This document shows, piece after piece, positions 29,396 through 38,822 of a stretch of 60,577 nt of DNA. The stretch is from a candidate division GN15 bacterium (lineage in GTDB: Bacteria; Zixibacteria; MSB-5A5; GN15; FEB-12): positions 1 through 60,577 of the forward strand of contig WJMS01000257.1 in assembly GCA_014727815.1 (NCBI GenBank), written 5' to 3'. The position numbers and the translations under genes were made by a program. Position 1 is the stretch's first letter. Every line of letters begins with the position of its first letter. The notes beneath the pieces are model-generated. The model was not told the origin of the DNA. It did no database searches and saw nothing but the letters and a program-made list of their open reading frames with translations.

Positions 29396-30409
29396 CTACA
29401 GAAACTGCCTGAGAAACCGTACGTTGTTGTTGAACAGCAAGCGAATGTCGTTGATGTGATACTTCAACATGGCAATCCGCTCCACCCCGATCCCGAACGC
29501 GTAGCCGGTGTATTTCTCAGCATCGTATCCGGCCGTTTCGAGCACGTTTGGATGGATCATGCCGCAGCCCAGAATCTCCAGCCAGCCCGAGTACTTGCAC
29601 AGCTGGCAGCCCTCACCGCGACAGAGAAAGCAGTTGATATCGACTTCGGCCGATGGTTCCGTGAAGGGAAAAAACGACGGTCGAAACTTCAGCTTCAGCC
29701 CCTCCCCGAAAAACGCCTTGCAGAACGCCACCAGCACCCCCTTCAGGTCGGCCATCGACACCCCTTCGTCGACCAGGAAACCGTCCACCTGGTGGAACGA
29801 GACATGCGCCCGGGTGGAAATCTCCTCGTTGCGGAACGTCTTGCCGGGCGTAATGATCTTCATCGGCGGCTGCCGCCGCTCCAGCTCGCGCGCCTGCACC
29901 GGCGTCGTATGCGTGCGCAGCACCAGGTCACCCTCGACAAAAAACGTGTCCTGCATGTCGCGGGCGGGATGGTCCGGCGGAAAATTGAGCGCCTCAAAAT
30001 TATAATGATCGGTCTCGACATGCGGCCCGTGGGCGATCTCGAAACCCATGCCGTAAAACGTGCGACAGATCTCATCCATCACCTGGTTGACGACATGGAC
30101 GGCCCCGATACGGTTGCCGGTGCCGGGCAGGGTGGGATCGATCGAAGCTGCTTCGGTGGTCTCTTCGAATGCCCGGGCGGCTTCCTCAAAACGCGCTTCG
30201 AGTTTGCTGCGGAGGGCGTTGGCGCGGGCGCCGATCTCCTTGCGCTGGTCGGGCGGGAGTTGACCGAGCGACTTGAGAATCGCCATCACCGGTCCTTTTC
30301 GCCCGAGATAGCGGACCTTCAACTCCCCAAGCGAATCGAGCGAATCGGCGGAACCGATTCGCTCGAGCGCTTCTTCTTCAAGCTGTACAATCTCTTCAGC
30401 AAGAGACAT
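29396..30409 (-). CDS. pheS: Phenylalanine-tRNA ligase alpha subunit
   Basis: HPARDMQDTF, LRTHTT, FPFTEPS, GYAFGIGVER; start trimmed to MSLAEE. Confidence 0.98.
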   Translation of the reverse strand: MSLAEEIVQLEEEALERIGSADSLDSLGELKVRYLGRKGPVMAILKSLGQLPPDQRKEIGARANALRSKLEARFEEAARAFEETTEAASIDPTLPGTGNRIGAVHVVNQVMDEICRTFYGMGFEIAHGPHVETDHYNFEALNFPPDHPARDMQDTFFVEGDLVLRTHTTPVQARELERRQPPMKIITPGKTFRNEEISTRAHVSFHQVDGFLVDEGVSMADLKGVLVAFCKAFFGEGLKLKFRPSFFPFTEPSAEVDINCFLCRGEGCQLCKYSGWLEILGCGMIHPNVLETAGYDAEKYTGYAFGIGVERIAMLKYHINDIRLLFNNNVRFLRQFL

Positions 30410-30426
30410 AGGCCGCCCGGACGCGC

Positions 30427-30777
30427 TTACTTGCCGGTCGCCATGTTGGCGAGCGTTTTGAACGTCGTCATATCGCGGGCGGCGATATCGGCCAGCATCT
30501 TGCGGTCCATCTCCACCCCGGACTTGTGCAGCCCGTTGATCATCGTGGAGTAATTGGTGCCGCACATCTTGGCCGCGGCCGAGATACGCGTGATCCACAA
30601 CGAACGCATCTCGCGCTTTTTGTTCCGGCGGTCGCGGTAGGCGTACTTGAGACCCTTGTTGACGGTCTCGAGCGCCGTCCGGTAGAGCTTCCGCCGACCG
30701 GAATAGTTTCCCCGCGCCTTCTTCAGCACCTTGCGGTGACGCTGGTGGGCGGCAACGTTATTCTTCGCACGTGGCAT
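30427..30777 (-). CDS. rplT: 50S ribosomal protein L20
   Basis: YAYRDRRNKKREMRSLWITRI, DRKMLAD. Confidence 0.98.
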   Translation of the reverse strand: MPRAKNNVAAHQRHRKVLKKARGNYSGRRKLYRTALETVNKGLKYAYRDRRNKKREMRSLWITRISAAAKMCGTNYSTMINGLHKSGVEMDRKMLADIAARDMTTFKTLANMATGK

Positions 30778-30807
30778 GGGATTCTCCTGTCACATTCACG
30801 CGCTGCA

Positions 30808-31002
30808 CTAATAGGGCAGCAGTTTGTTCAGGCGCTTCTCATCGGCTTCCGACACCAGGGTCGACTTGCGCAACTGGCGCTTGCGCTTCGGACTCATCTT
30901 GGTCAGAATATGCGTCTTGTACGCATGGTACCGTTTCAGTTTGCCGGTGCCGGTCCGCTTGAACCGCTTGGCCGCGCCCCGGTTGGTCTTCATCTTCGGC
31001 AT
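30808..31002 (-). CDS. rpmI: 50S ribosomal protein L35
   Basis: [15 protein letters not shown]...HILTK...LLPY. Confidence 0.98.
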   Translation of the reverse strand: MPKMKTNRGAAKRFKRTGTGKLKRYHAYKTHILTKMSPKRKRQLRKSTLVSEADEKRLNKLLPY

Positions 31003-31063
31003 AGTATCCTCAACACGCTATCTCAATGTACTTCATTGCAAAATCGTGACACAAACAGCCGGA

Positions 31064-31660
31064 TCACTCGTTGTTGTCGGAGCCGTCTTGCTCCTGCTTC
31101 TTCTCGCTCTTTTTCGACTTCGACTTCTCCTGTGCCTTCTTCACGATATCCGACTTGGGCGACAGAATCATCGTCATCCGGTTGCCCTCGAGACTCGGCT
31201 GGACATCAACACTCGCGATATCCGACATTTCATCGGCCAGTCGCGTAAGAATCTGGCGGCCGAAATCGACGTGGGCCATCTCTCTGCCGCGAAACATCAC
31301 AAACGCCTTCACCTTGTTGCCGCCCTCGAGAAACGAACGCACATGCTTCGTCTTGAACGAATAGTCATGCTCGTCGATTTTCGGGCGGTAGCGCATCTCC
31401 TTGAGCTGCACCGACTGCTGCTTCTTCTTGGCAGCGCGATCTTTCTTGGAAAGCTCGTACTTGTACTTTCCGTAATCCATGATCCGGCAGACCGGCGGAC
31501 GGCTGTTCGGGGCAACCTCGACAAGGTCGAGTCCCTGCTCGCGGGCGCGCTGCAGCGCCTCGTTGGTCGGGATGATCCCGATCTGCTCACCGTCTACTCC
31601 AATTAACCGGACCGGTGAAATCCGAATGCGGTCGTTCACGCGGACGTCTTGTTTAGCTAT
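31064..31660 (-). CDS. infC: Translation initiation factor IF-3 (ATA start)
   Basis: VNDRIR, LDLVEV, PPVCRIMDYGK, FRGRE; AGGAGG SD 5 nt before an in-frame ATA. Confidence 0.95.
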   Translation of the reverse strand: MAKQDVRVNDRIRISPVRLIGVDGEQIGIIPTNEALQRAREQGLDLVEVAPNSRPPVCRIMDYGKYKYELSKKDRAAKKKQQSVQLKEMRYRPKIDEHDYSFKTKHVRSFLEGGNKVKAFVMFRGREMAHVDFGRQILTRLADEMSDIASVDVQPSLEGNRMTMILSPKSDIVKKAQEKSKSKKSEKKQEQDGSDNNE

Positions 31661-31681
31661 AGAACCCTCCTGAGTCCCTGA

Positions 31682-33619
31682 TTACTGCTCTGTCTCTTCA
31701 CGGCCCTTGGTGCGGATCTCCCGGCGGACCAATTCAATCGCCTCATCGAGCGAGCGGCCGCCCAGATCACCGGACCCGTGCCGGCGCACCGAAACCGTGC
31801 CGTTCTCGGCTTCCTTGCCGCCAACGATAAACATATATGGCACTTTTAGCAACTCTGCATCGCGAATCTTTGCCCCGATTTTCTCCGACCGGTCATCCAG
31901 GCTGGCCCGAATACCGGCCTCGGTCAGCTTCGCCACCAGCGAATCACCATATTCGTTGATACTGTCGGTGATCGGCAGGATTTTCACCTGCTCCGGCGCC
32001 AGCCAGACCGGGAAGTTCCCGGCATAGTGCTCGATCAGCACCCCGAAAAAGCGCTCGATCGAACCAAGCAGCGCCCGGTGAATCATAAACGGGCGTTTCG
32101 CCTGACCGTCACTGTCGATATAGGTCAAATCAAACCGCTCCGGCAGCGAAAAATCAAACTGGATCGTCGAGCACTGCCATGACCGCCCGATCGCATCCTT
32201 GATCTTGATATCGATCTTCGGCCCGTAAAAAGCGCCCCCGCCTTCGTCGGTATCGTACGCCAGCCCGGCCTTGTCCAGCGCCCGGCGCAACCCGTGCTGG
32301 GCCTTCTCCCAGTCCGCCGGATCGCCGATCGCCTTCTCCGGACGGGTCGACAGCATAATGTCGTAATCCGAAAAACCAAACGAACTGAGCATGTAGGTGC
32401 AGAAATCCAGAAGCCAGACCAGCTCCTCCTCCATCTGCTCCTGCGTCACGAAATGGTGGGCGTCATCCTGCGTAAAACCGCGCACCCGCATCAAGCCGTG
32501 CAAAACACCCGGTTTCTCATACCGGTAGACCGTGCCCAGCTCGCCCCACCGAAGCGGCAGGTCCCGATACGACCAGCGCCGCGACTTGTACATCATGATA
32601 TGGAACGGGCAGTTCATCGGCTTGAGCTGGTACGCCTTCTGGTCCAGCTCCATCGGCCGAAACATGTCGTCGGAATAAAAGTCGGTATGCCCGGACTGAT
32701 TCCAGAGCCGAAGATCAGCCACATGCGGCGAGAAAACCAGCTCGTAGCCGTTCTTCAAGTGCTCTTCGCGCCAGAAGTTCTCCACTTCGTTACGGATCCG
32801 CGCCCCGCGCGGCAGCCACATCACCAGGCCGGGCCCGACTTCCTCGGCAATCGTAAACAGCTCCAGCTGCTTGCCGAGCATCCGGTGATCCCGCTTCTTG
32901 GCCTCCTCCATCCGGTGGAGGTAGTCCTCCAGCATCGACTTCTTCGGGTACGAAACACCGTAAATCCGCTGGAGCATCTGGCGGTGCTCATCACCTCGCC
33001 AGTACGCCCCGGAACTGGCCGTCAGCTTGAACGCCTTGACCATCCCGGTGCTCGGAATATGCGGCCCGCGACAGAGATCCTCAAAACCGGAATGCTTGTA
33101 GACCGTCACCTCGTCATCATCGATATCCTCTTCGAGAATCTCGATCTTGTAATCTTCGCCCTTCTGACGATAATGCTCGATCAGGTCCTGCCGGGTGAAG
33201 ACTTCGCAGCGAAACGCCGCATCCTCCTTGACGATCTCAGCCATCCGCTTTTCGATTTTCTCCAAGTCCTCCGGCAAAAACGGCTTGTCGACCTCAAAGT
33301 CGTAATACCAGCCCTCCTCGATCGCCGGCCCGATCGCCAGCTTGGTGCCGGGAAACAGCTCCTGCACGGCCTGGGCCATGATATGCGAACTCGAGTGCCA
33401 GAAAACCTCCCGGCCCTCCGGATCGGCAAACGTCAGGATCGCCACCGGAGCGTCCTCCGGAATCGGCGCGTGCAAATCACGCACGTCACCGTTCACCTTC
33501 ACGGCAATCGCCTCTTTGGCCAGCCGCGGCGAAATCGACCGGGCCACATCGTAGCCGGTCGTCCCGGACTCATAAGCCCGGGTCGATCCGTCCGGTAATG
33601 TTATCTGCAACTGTGACAT
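31682..33619 (-). CDS. thrS: Threonine-tRNA ligase
   Basis: TGS domain, DLCRGPH, RDHRMLG, KPMNCP, RVRGFTQDDAH, HRALLGSIERF. Confidence 0.98.
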   Translation of the reverse strand: MSQLQITLPDGSTRAYESGTTGYDVARSISPRLAKEAIAVKVNGDVRDLHAPIPEDAPVAILTFADPEGREVFWHSSSHIMAQAVQELFPGTKLAIGPAIEEGWYYDFEVDKPFLPEDLEKIEKRMAEIVKEDAAFRCEVFTRQDLIEHYRQKGEDYKIEILEEDIDDDEVTVYKHSGFEDLCRGPHIPSTGMVKAFKLTASSGAYWRGDEHRQMLQRIYGVSYPKKSMLEDYLHRMEEAKKRDHRMLGKQLELFTIAEEVGPGLVMWLPRGARIRNEVENFWREEHLKNGYELVFSPHVADLRLWNQSGHTDFYSDDMFRPMELDQKAYQLKPMNCPFHIMMYKSRRWSYRDLPLRWGELGTVYRYEKPGVLHGLMRVRGFTQDDAHHFVTQEQMEEELVWLLDFCTYMLSSFGFSDYDIMLSTRPEKAIGDPADWEKAQHGLRRALDKAGLAYDTDEGGGAFYGPKIDIKIKDAIGRSWQCSTIQFDFSLPERFDLTYIDSDGQAKRPFMIHRALLGSIERFFGVLIEHYAGNFPVWLAPEQVKILPITDSINEYGDSLVAKLTEAGIRASLDDRSEKIGAKIRDAELLKVPYMFIVGGKEAENGTVSVRRHGSGDLGGRSLDEAIELVRREIRTKGREETEQ

Positions 33620-33652
33620 CACTATCTTCGCTCTAATGCTCTAATATATAAA

Positions 33653-33690
33653 GGCGGGGTGCCGGGGTCCTGTTCCGCCCGACATCCCGC
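33653..33690 (-). terminator. Hairpin after tRNA-Val (weak terminator or processing site)
   Basis: GCGGGATGTCGGG...CCCGGCACCCCGC then CTTTATATATT. Confidence 0.45.
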
Positions 33691-33699
33691 GAAATTTAA

Positions 33700-33776
33700 T
33701 GGTGGGCGATACTGGAATCGAACCAGTGACCCCTTGCATGTCAAGCAAGTACTCTAACCATCTGAGCTAATCGCCC
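33700..33776 (-). tRNA. tRNA-Val(GAC)
   Basis: GGGCGAT acceptor stem, anticodon arm CTTGC-TTGACAT-GCAAG, TTCGATT T-loop, encoded CCA. Confidence 0.97.
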
Positions 33777-33820
33777 AACACTGGGTTGCTCGGCGGACCT
33801 CGCCGCCGGGCAAGGAATCG

Positions 33821-33850
33821 AATATATAGAGAATATATCGTACTTGTCAA
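33821..33850 (-). promoter_or_regulatory. sigma70 promoter of tRNA-Val/thrS
   Basis: TTGACA followed by TATATA/TATATT at 16-18 nt. Confidence 0.55.
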
Positions 33851-33916
33851 TACCTATTTTAACCGGCGGCACCACAAAAACCTCCTGTCGGTCAAGAGGT
33901 TACTGGCCCAACGACA

Positions 33917-33948
33917 GCGGCCGCCTCCCTCGCTCGGAAGGCGGCCGC
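33917..33948. terminator. GC-rich hairpin downstream of the dockerin gene
   Basis: GCGGCCGCCT...AGGCGGCCGC; no clear U-tract. Confidence 0.45.
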
Positions 33949-33978
33949 GGAACGATACGCTAGCGGTTATCGGTCGAC

Positions 33979-36750
33979 TCAGCGATCACATGGCCCAATC
34001 GGCGGCCCGCCCAGGAACAGGGCGTTGCCCATATAGACAACATCACTCAGGTCGATATTGCCCGCCTCGTCACAGTTGATATTGGCCGCCTCCATCACCA
34101 CCGGATCCGGCCCACCCAGGTACAACGCATTGACCAGATACGTCAGATCAATCAGGTCGACCCGTAAATCGCCATTCAGGTCCCCGGTCTGCAACCCGAC
34201 CACATTGGCCACACTGGCCGCCTCAAAAGCCTGCTGATCCGTCGTCGCAAACGCCACCGTGTACGGCAGCGGGTTCTCCCCAACTATCGGCGGGAACGTC
34301 GGGATCAGATGTGCCCGGCGCACCGTTATCTCCAGCGCCTCGCCGGTGAAATCCGGATGCGAACCCAGCACGGCCACATCGACCGGCATGCTTTCACCAT
34401 TGATCTGCAGCGTCCCCTGGTCGATATCATTGACCGTATAGCCACCCTGAAGGTCGCCCAGGAAAATCGTCGCATCCTCATTCATGATCGGCAGGATCCG
34501 ATCCGGCTCGATCGTCGTTGCCGCCGCCAGTGGCGCCGTGGCAGCCTCGCCGATCAGCACCACCTCCTCCAGCACCGCCCCGGACACCGAGTCGGTAACC
34601 GTCAAGGTCCCCGAATAGACTCCGGCCGACGCGGGCGCAAAACTGACCGGCATCTCCTGACTCGTCGAAAACGTAAAAATCGTCTTCTCCAGCGGTATCG
34701 TAAAAGCACCGGCGCCTGTTACCTCGAACAGGAGCGTCGACAGCCCCGACGACGTCGCGCTTACCGTCACCTCCTGCTGAGTCATCTCGCCAGGCTCGAC
34801 ATCCCGGAAAAAGACCGTGTCGGGCGCACCGTTCGGATTCAGGACCTGAGGTTGAAATACAAGTTTCTGTCCATCGGCCAGATCGAGCATGGAATGACCA
34901 GCCTCGATCGCAAACCGACCGAAATACAACACGTCGAGACTGTCGGAAATCAGATTCAGGTTCGTATAGTCGATCGGCGTGTTGGTCGGATCAGCACCGC
35001 TGTACTCCGACTCTGCAATTAAGAGATAGTCGCTTGGCTCGTAGCTGCCGGCAGGCGGCGGCGCCCATGTCTGATCCCAGTACGAGGCGTAAGAATCGTT
35101 TTCGTAGAAGAAGACATTCAGCTGCCGGTTATTCTCCACATCCCAGGCCGTGAACGGCACCTGATAGTAGCCGCAATAATCATACAGGTGACCGTTGCCA
35201 CGGCAGTAGAGGTACGCGTTTTGCACGTTGTGATTCGAGAACCGAAGCTCCACCGTGGTGAAGGCATCCGGATCTGTCTCCGGATTCAGGGAGCTGCCAA
35301 ACCAGGACTCGTAGCCCATCTGCCCGACACCGGGAGCCGTAAGCGGCTGACCGAATCGACCGGTGAGCCAGCGCTCCGACGACGGTGCAAACCAGAGATC
35401 ATGCAGATACCTATAGTCGGTGATCTCAAGCTCAGCGCCATCGGCCGCCGTCACCTGCGGATCGGGTCCGCCGGAACCGGACTCCAGGATGTTCTTGACG
35501 TCGATCAACGAGGCGATCCGCTCGAGCCCCTGCCCGACCGCCATCGTGAAGACGACCTGCTGACTGTCACCGGGAGCAAACGTCATCGGGCCGTAGCTCG
35601 CCATGATGCGGCAGTCGCGCGGATCATCGTCGATCCAGCCGGTGCCGGCAATCGGATCGCCGCGCAACATAAACCGGGTTACCTCGGCGGTGGTCGGGTC
35701 GACCCGGGGACTACCGTCGGCATTGAGACCGCGCATATAGTTGTACGTCTCCATGATGTCGTTTGGGTCGGTGCCGTTGACATACTTGTTGGCCGAGTAC
35801 AAGCCGAGATTCCGATAATCGGGAATCGGCACGCCGTTGTAATAGGCGGTGTCACCCGGCGAGGGCACCATCGGACCCTGCTCGAACTTCACGCCGAGAG
35901 CCGGTGGCGTGGCGCCATAGTGCGTGCACTCGTTGTCGCCGTTGTAAACGAAAATCATCTGGTTGGCGCTGTCGCAGCCGCCAAGATCATCGCCGGCGTC
36001 ACCAATATCAGGATCAAGCCAGATCGAGATAAAGAAACTGTCGATCGTGTGGCCACCCTTGTTGTGCAGGTCGTACTGAATACGGATAATCGTCTGTTGA
36101 CCGGCGGCGTCTTCGGCCCACACGCTCTGGCGCGCTTCCACGCCAAGCGGTTCGCTGGCGCCGGGGAAGGCCTGGTGCTGGTCGGGGTCGGCATCATTAA
36201 ACACGGTCCAGACATGCTGGTCGCCCCGCGTCAGGGGATGGCCCCCCTCAATCGGCGCTCCCTGATCAATCGGCCAGGTGGTGTAGTCCTCGTTGGGATT
36301 GCCGGCCAGGCTGTCTTCGTGCAGCCGGTACACACGAAACTCGGGACTATCCGGCTGAAATGTCCCCCCGGCCATCGGCCCGGGCACATACTCCGAGGTG
36401 TACTCCGACACGGCCACCCGATGATCACCGTTGACTTTCCCTCCCAGCCACAGTCCCGCCGCAAACAGCGGCGAACTCGTGTTGGCGCCGGAGATGATGT
36501 CGGCGGTCGAGGTGTACGGATAAAACGTGCCGTAATCATAGTCGAATACGTCAGCCAGGTCACGGCCGAAATTGCCGTGGTTGGTAACAAACATCAAGAT
36601 GAGATTGGCGTCGATGTACGTGTCGTTGTCAACGGTAAGAGCGTCGTCGGTCCCCGGTTGCCCGGGACCATCGTAAGTTGCCGGCGGCAACGCCAGCGCG
36701 ATAGTAGAACAGATGGCGAGCAACATGCAAGTGCAGACAAAACGTCGCAT
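33979..36750 (-). CDS. Large secreted protein with C-terminal dockerin-like domain
   Basis: Signal peptide; duplicated Ca-binding loops GDLNGDLRVDLIDLTYLVNALYLGGP / ANINCDEAGNIDLSDVVYMGNALFLGGP. Confidence 0.85.
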   Translation of the reverse strand: MRRFVCTCMLLAICSTIALALPPATYDGPGQPGTDDALTVDNDTYIDANLILMFVTNHGNFGRDLADVFDYDYGTFYPYTSTADIISGANTSSPLFAAGLWLGGKVNGDHRVAVSEYTSEYVPGPMAGGTFQPDSPEFRVYRLHEDSLAGNPNEDYTTWPIDQGAPIEGGHPLTRGDQHVWTVFNDADPDQHQAFPGASEPLGVEARQSVWAEDAAGQQTIIRIQYDLHNKGGHTIDSFFISIWLDPDIGDAGDDLGGCDSANQMIFVYNGDNECTHYGATPPALGVKFEQGPMVPSPGDTAYYNGVPIPDYRNLGLYSANKYVNGTDPNDIMETYNYMRGLNADGSPRVDPTTAEVTRFMLRGDPIAGTGWIDDDPRDCRIMASYGPMTFAPGDSQQVVFTMAVGQGLERIASLIDVKNILESGSGGPDPQVTAADGAELEITDYRYLHDLWFAPSSERWLTGRFGQPLTAPGVGQMGYESWFGSSLNPETDPDAFTTVELRFSNHNVQNAYLYCRGNGHLYDYCGYYQVPFTAWDVENNRQLNVFFYENDSYASYWDQTWAPPPAGSYEPSDYLLIAESEYSGADPTNTPIDYTNLNLISDSLDVLYFGRFAIEAGHSMLDLADGQKLVFQPQVLNPNGAPDTVFFRDVEPGEMTQQEVTVSATSSGLSTLLFEVTGAGAFTIPLEKTIFTFSTSQEMPVSFAPASAGVYSGTLTVTDSVSGAVLEEVVLIGEAATAPLAAATTIEPDRILPIMNEDATIFLGDLQGGYTVNDIDQGTLQINGESMPVDVAVLGSHPDFTGEALEITVRRAHLIPTFPPIVGENPLPYTVAFATTDQQAFEAASVANVVGLQTGDLNGDLRVDLIDLTYLVNALYLGGPDPVVMEAANINCDEAGNIDLSDVVYMGNALFLGGPPIGPCDR

Positions 36751-36800
36751 GTGAAGCCCCTCCCTGTGGGTATGGTGGGTAATAGGATCCGATCACTGAA

Positions 36801-36829
36801 AAGATACTCCCGGCCGGGAAATCCGTCAA
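36801..36829 (-). promoter_or_regulatory. sigma70 promoter of the dockerin gene
   Basis: TTGACG-N17-TATCTT; palindrome TCCCGGCCGGGA in the spacer. Confidence 0.55.
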
Positions 36830-36925
36830 GGAACGATTGGCTGCGTCTGCCCACCCAACCGCACGGAATGTGACCGTCATCTCTCCCCGGCCGTGCACGA
36901 CGCCTCATCCCGTTCCGGTACCCGA

Positions 36926-36975
36926 GCAGGTCAGGTCGCCCTTCGTCGGGCTCAGGATAAACTTGCGACCTGACA
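36926..36975. repeat. REP-like palindromic element
   Basis: GTCAGGTCGC...GCGACCTGAC enclosing CCCTTCGTCGGGCTCAGG. Confidence 0.4.
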
Positions 36976-37404
36976 GACCACTGCAAAGCAGGTTTGTCCG
37001 CAATCCTGCCGCAAGAAAACGGCACGCGTGAAAACAAATGTGCCCTGCTGCCGACTCACCACACGTTCCGTCAGATGCTGGCGAGTCGGCCCGCCCCACT
37101 TTCACTACAACTTCGCCCCTGAATGCGACCCCACCCCCTCATAAAAAGACATCCGTCAATCGCCCCATGCACATTCACTACAAAGGGACTCGCGATGCGA
37201 CCGAAAAGAACGCTCCGTAAAACAACTAACCCGATACGCCTCAACCGGCTACGTCGAATCACCGAGAATAAAACACCCCCAAAAATGACAAAACGAACCC
37301 ATTTCGCTGTAACCCGCACCGGGACAACCTTGTACCACGACTTTTTCGTTTTCCATGGCGATTTGCCCACGGTCGTCGCACCGTCATACCTGCACTCTCG
37401 GCAA

Positions 37405-37431
37405 CAAAAAAGCCCCGCCGAGACGGGGCTT
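37405..37431 (-). terminator. Intrinsic terminator ending the flagellar cluster
   Basis: AAGCCCCG-TCTCGG-CGGGGCTTTTTT. Confidence 0.85.
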
Positions 37432-37457
37432 GAACGCACTTCACTTGATGAAACGTG

Positions 37458-38363
37458 TCACCCGGTCAGACCGGCCATCTGCATGAACGTCTCCGCCTTG
37501 ACATACTCTTCGCGCAGCGACTCGCAGAACATCTCGATCTGTCCGTCGGTCAATTGCATATAGTCCATCACCTCGGCCGACAACTCGCCTACCCGGAATG
37601 CGTCATCGTCGAAATAGAACGTCTTCTTCGCAATATGATTGGCCACATGCACGAGATAACCGATCGCCTCACCGGAGGGTGCTTTTTCAGGATGATGATG
37701 ATACGTTATCGCTTCACACAACTTGGCGGGCAGCTTCCACTGGGCGGCCAGCAGTGCCCCAACCTGATCATGCGTATAACCGAGTACCGACGATTCAATA
37801 TCGTAATCGGTTGCCACCTTCTCGGCCGCGCGCGCTTCGCTGTAGCGCTTGTAGTGGTCGGGCAGATAGCAGGCGATAATGATCTTGCCGATATCGTGCA
37901 GCAGCCCGCCGGAAAAAGCCGTGTCGGGATCAACCAGCCCGCGGGCGCGAAGTTTGCGGGAGATGATCCGGCCGCAGAAAGCCGTTGCCAGCGAGTGACG
38001 CCAGAACTGTTCCTGAAACTCCTGGTCGTAGTCCTTGCCCTTGAACATGTCGATCACCGACGCCGACAGCACGAGGTTCTTGATAGCCTCGAGACCAACC
38101 ACGACCACCGCCTGTTTGACCGAATCGATCTCGCGCGACAGGCCGTAAAACGCCGAGTTGGTCAGCTTGAGCACCTTGACCGACATGGCCGGGTCCTCGG
38201 ACAGGATACCCGCGATCTGGCCGGCCGAGACTTTCGGATCGTTTATGACTTTTTGAATCTGATGAAAGACGATTGGCGGGGTCGGCAGATTACGTATGTT
38301 GGAAACAACCTGTTTTACCTTGCTGTCGACTACCGGTTCGTTGCTGCTGATTGCTTCTGCCAT
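37458..38363 (-). CDS. HDOD domain protein
   Basis: LPTPP, DPAMSVKVLKLTNSAFYG, FWRHS, GLLHDIGK, YHHHP. Confidence 0.92.
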   Translation of the reverse strand: MAEAISSNEPVVDSKVKQVVSNIRNLPTPPIVFHQIQKVINDPKVSAGQIAGILSEDPAMSVKVLKLTNSAFYGLSREIDSVKQAVVVVGLEAIKNLVLSASVIDMFKGKDYDQEFQEQFWRHSLATAFCGRIISRKLRARGLVDPDTAFSGGLLHDIGKIIIACYLPDHYKRYSEARAAEKVATDYDIESSVLGYTHDQVGALLAAQWKLPAKLCEAITYHHHPEKAPSGEAIGYLVHVANHIAKKTFYFDDDAFRVGELSAEVMDYMQLTDGQIEMFCESLREEYVKAETFMQMAGLTG

Positions 38364-38382
38364 ATGTCATCCACCCTCGCCG

Positions 38383-38730
38383 TCAGGCGCCCATATCGTC
38401 GGACAGACGATCGGCAATCGTGTCGATCACGTCGCGGTTCTGATAAAACCCCGAGAGAATCTTCAGTCGAATCTGCTCCAGTTTACCGTCCGCCAGGCTC
38501 GACTCTTCGGCCGTCGCCGATGCTTCCTCGACCGATCCACCGTCCATTGTCAGTTGCTCCCGGCGCGCCTGGTCGGCTTCGTGCGCCAGCCGGGCGCGGC
38601 CGTCTTCTGAGATCTCGACCCGGTCGTCGGCCGGTTTTTTCGATGACTCGTCGTGCTGATTCGGCATCGGCTTCGCTACCTGAGTCGGATCCGGTCGCTG
38701 GTGATGTGCAAGAGGTCCAATCTTCATCAT
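38383..38730 (-). CDS. flgM: FlgM-like anti-sigma28 factor
   Basis: DRVEISEDGR and KLEQIRLKILSGFY motifs; own sigma28-like promoter. Confidence 0.65.
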   Translation of the reverse strand: MMKIGPLAHHQRPDPTQVAKPMPNQHDESSKKPADDRVEISEDGRARLAHEADQARREQLTMDGGSVEEASATAEESSLADGKLEQIRLKILSGFYQNRDVIDTIADRLSDDMGA

Positions 38731-38777
38731 CTCACCATCCAGTTAAAGGGTTCCTTCCTATATGTCCCTATATAGTG

Positions 38778-38806
38778 CTATCGTCCGATTTGTCGCACTC
38801 CTTTAG
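38778..38806 (-). promoter_or_regulatory. Putative sigma28 promoter (flgM-HDOD)
   Basis: CTAAAG-N15-GACGATAG. Confidence 0.55.
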
Positions 38807-38822
38807 GCCGTTGCTGGCCCGG

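Noticed and set aside
29396..30598. Extended ORF-track starts (pheS to 30598; similarly miaA, wza, STAS, porV, flgF)
   Set aside because: The extensions overlap upstream genes or promoters; shorter starts fit SD positions and family N-termini.
33700..36750. Genomic island at tRNA-Val
   Set aside because: The accessory gene lies 5' of the tRNA; no integrase and no duplicated tRNA 3' end.
36960..37005. c-di-GMP-I riboswitch look-alike (GGACAAACC...GTCGCAAG, minus strand)
   Set aside because: No GNRA loop or GACGCAAA junction, and it lies upstream of the predicted promoter.
37071..37563. ORFs 37071-37439 (-) and 37123-37563 (+)
   Set aside because: Atypical codon use; both cross a terminator and one overlaps HDOD.
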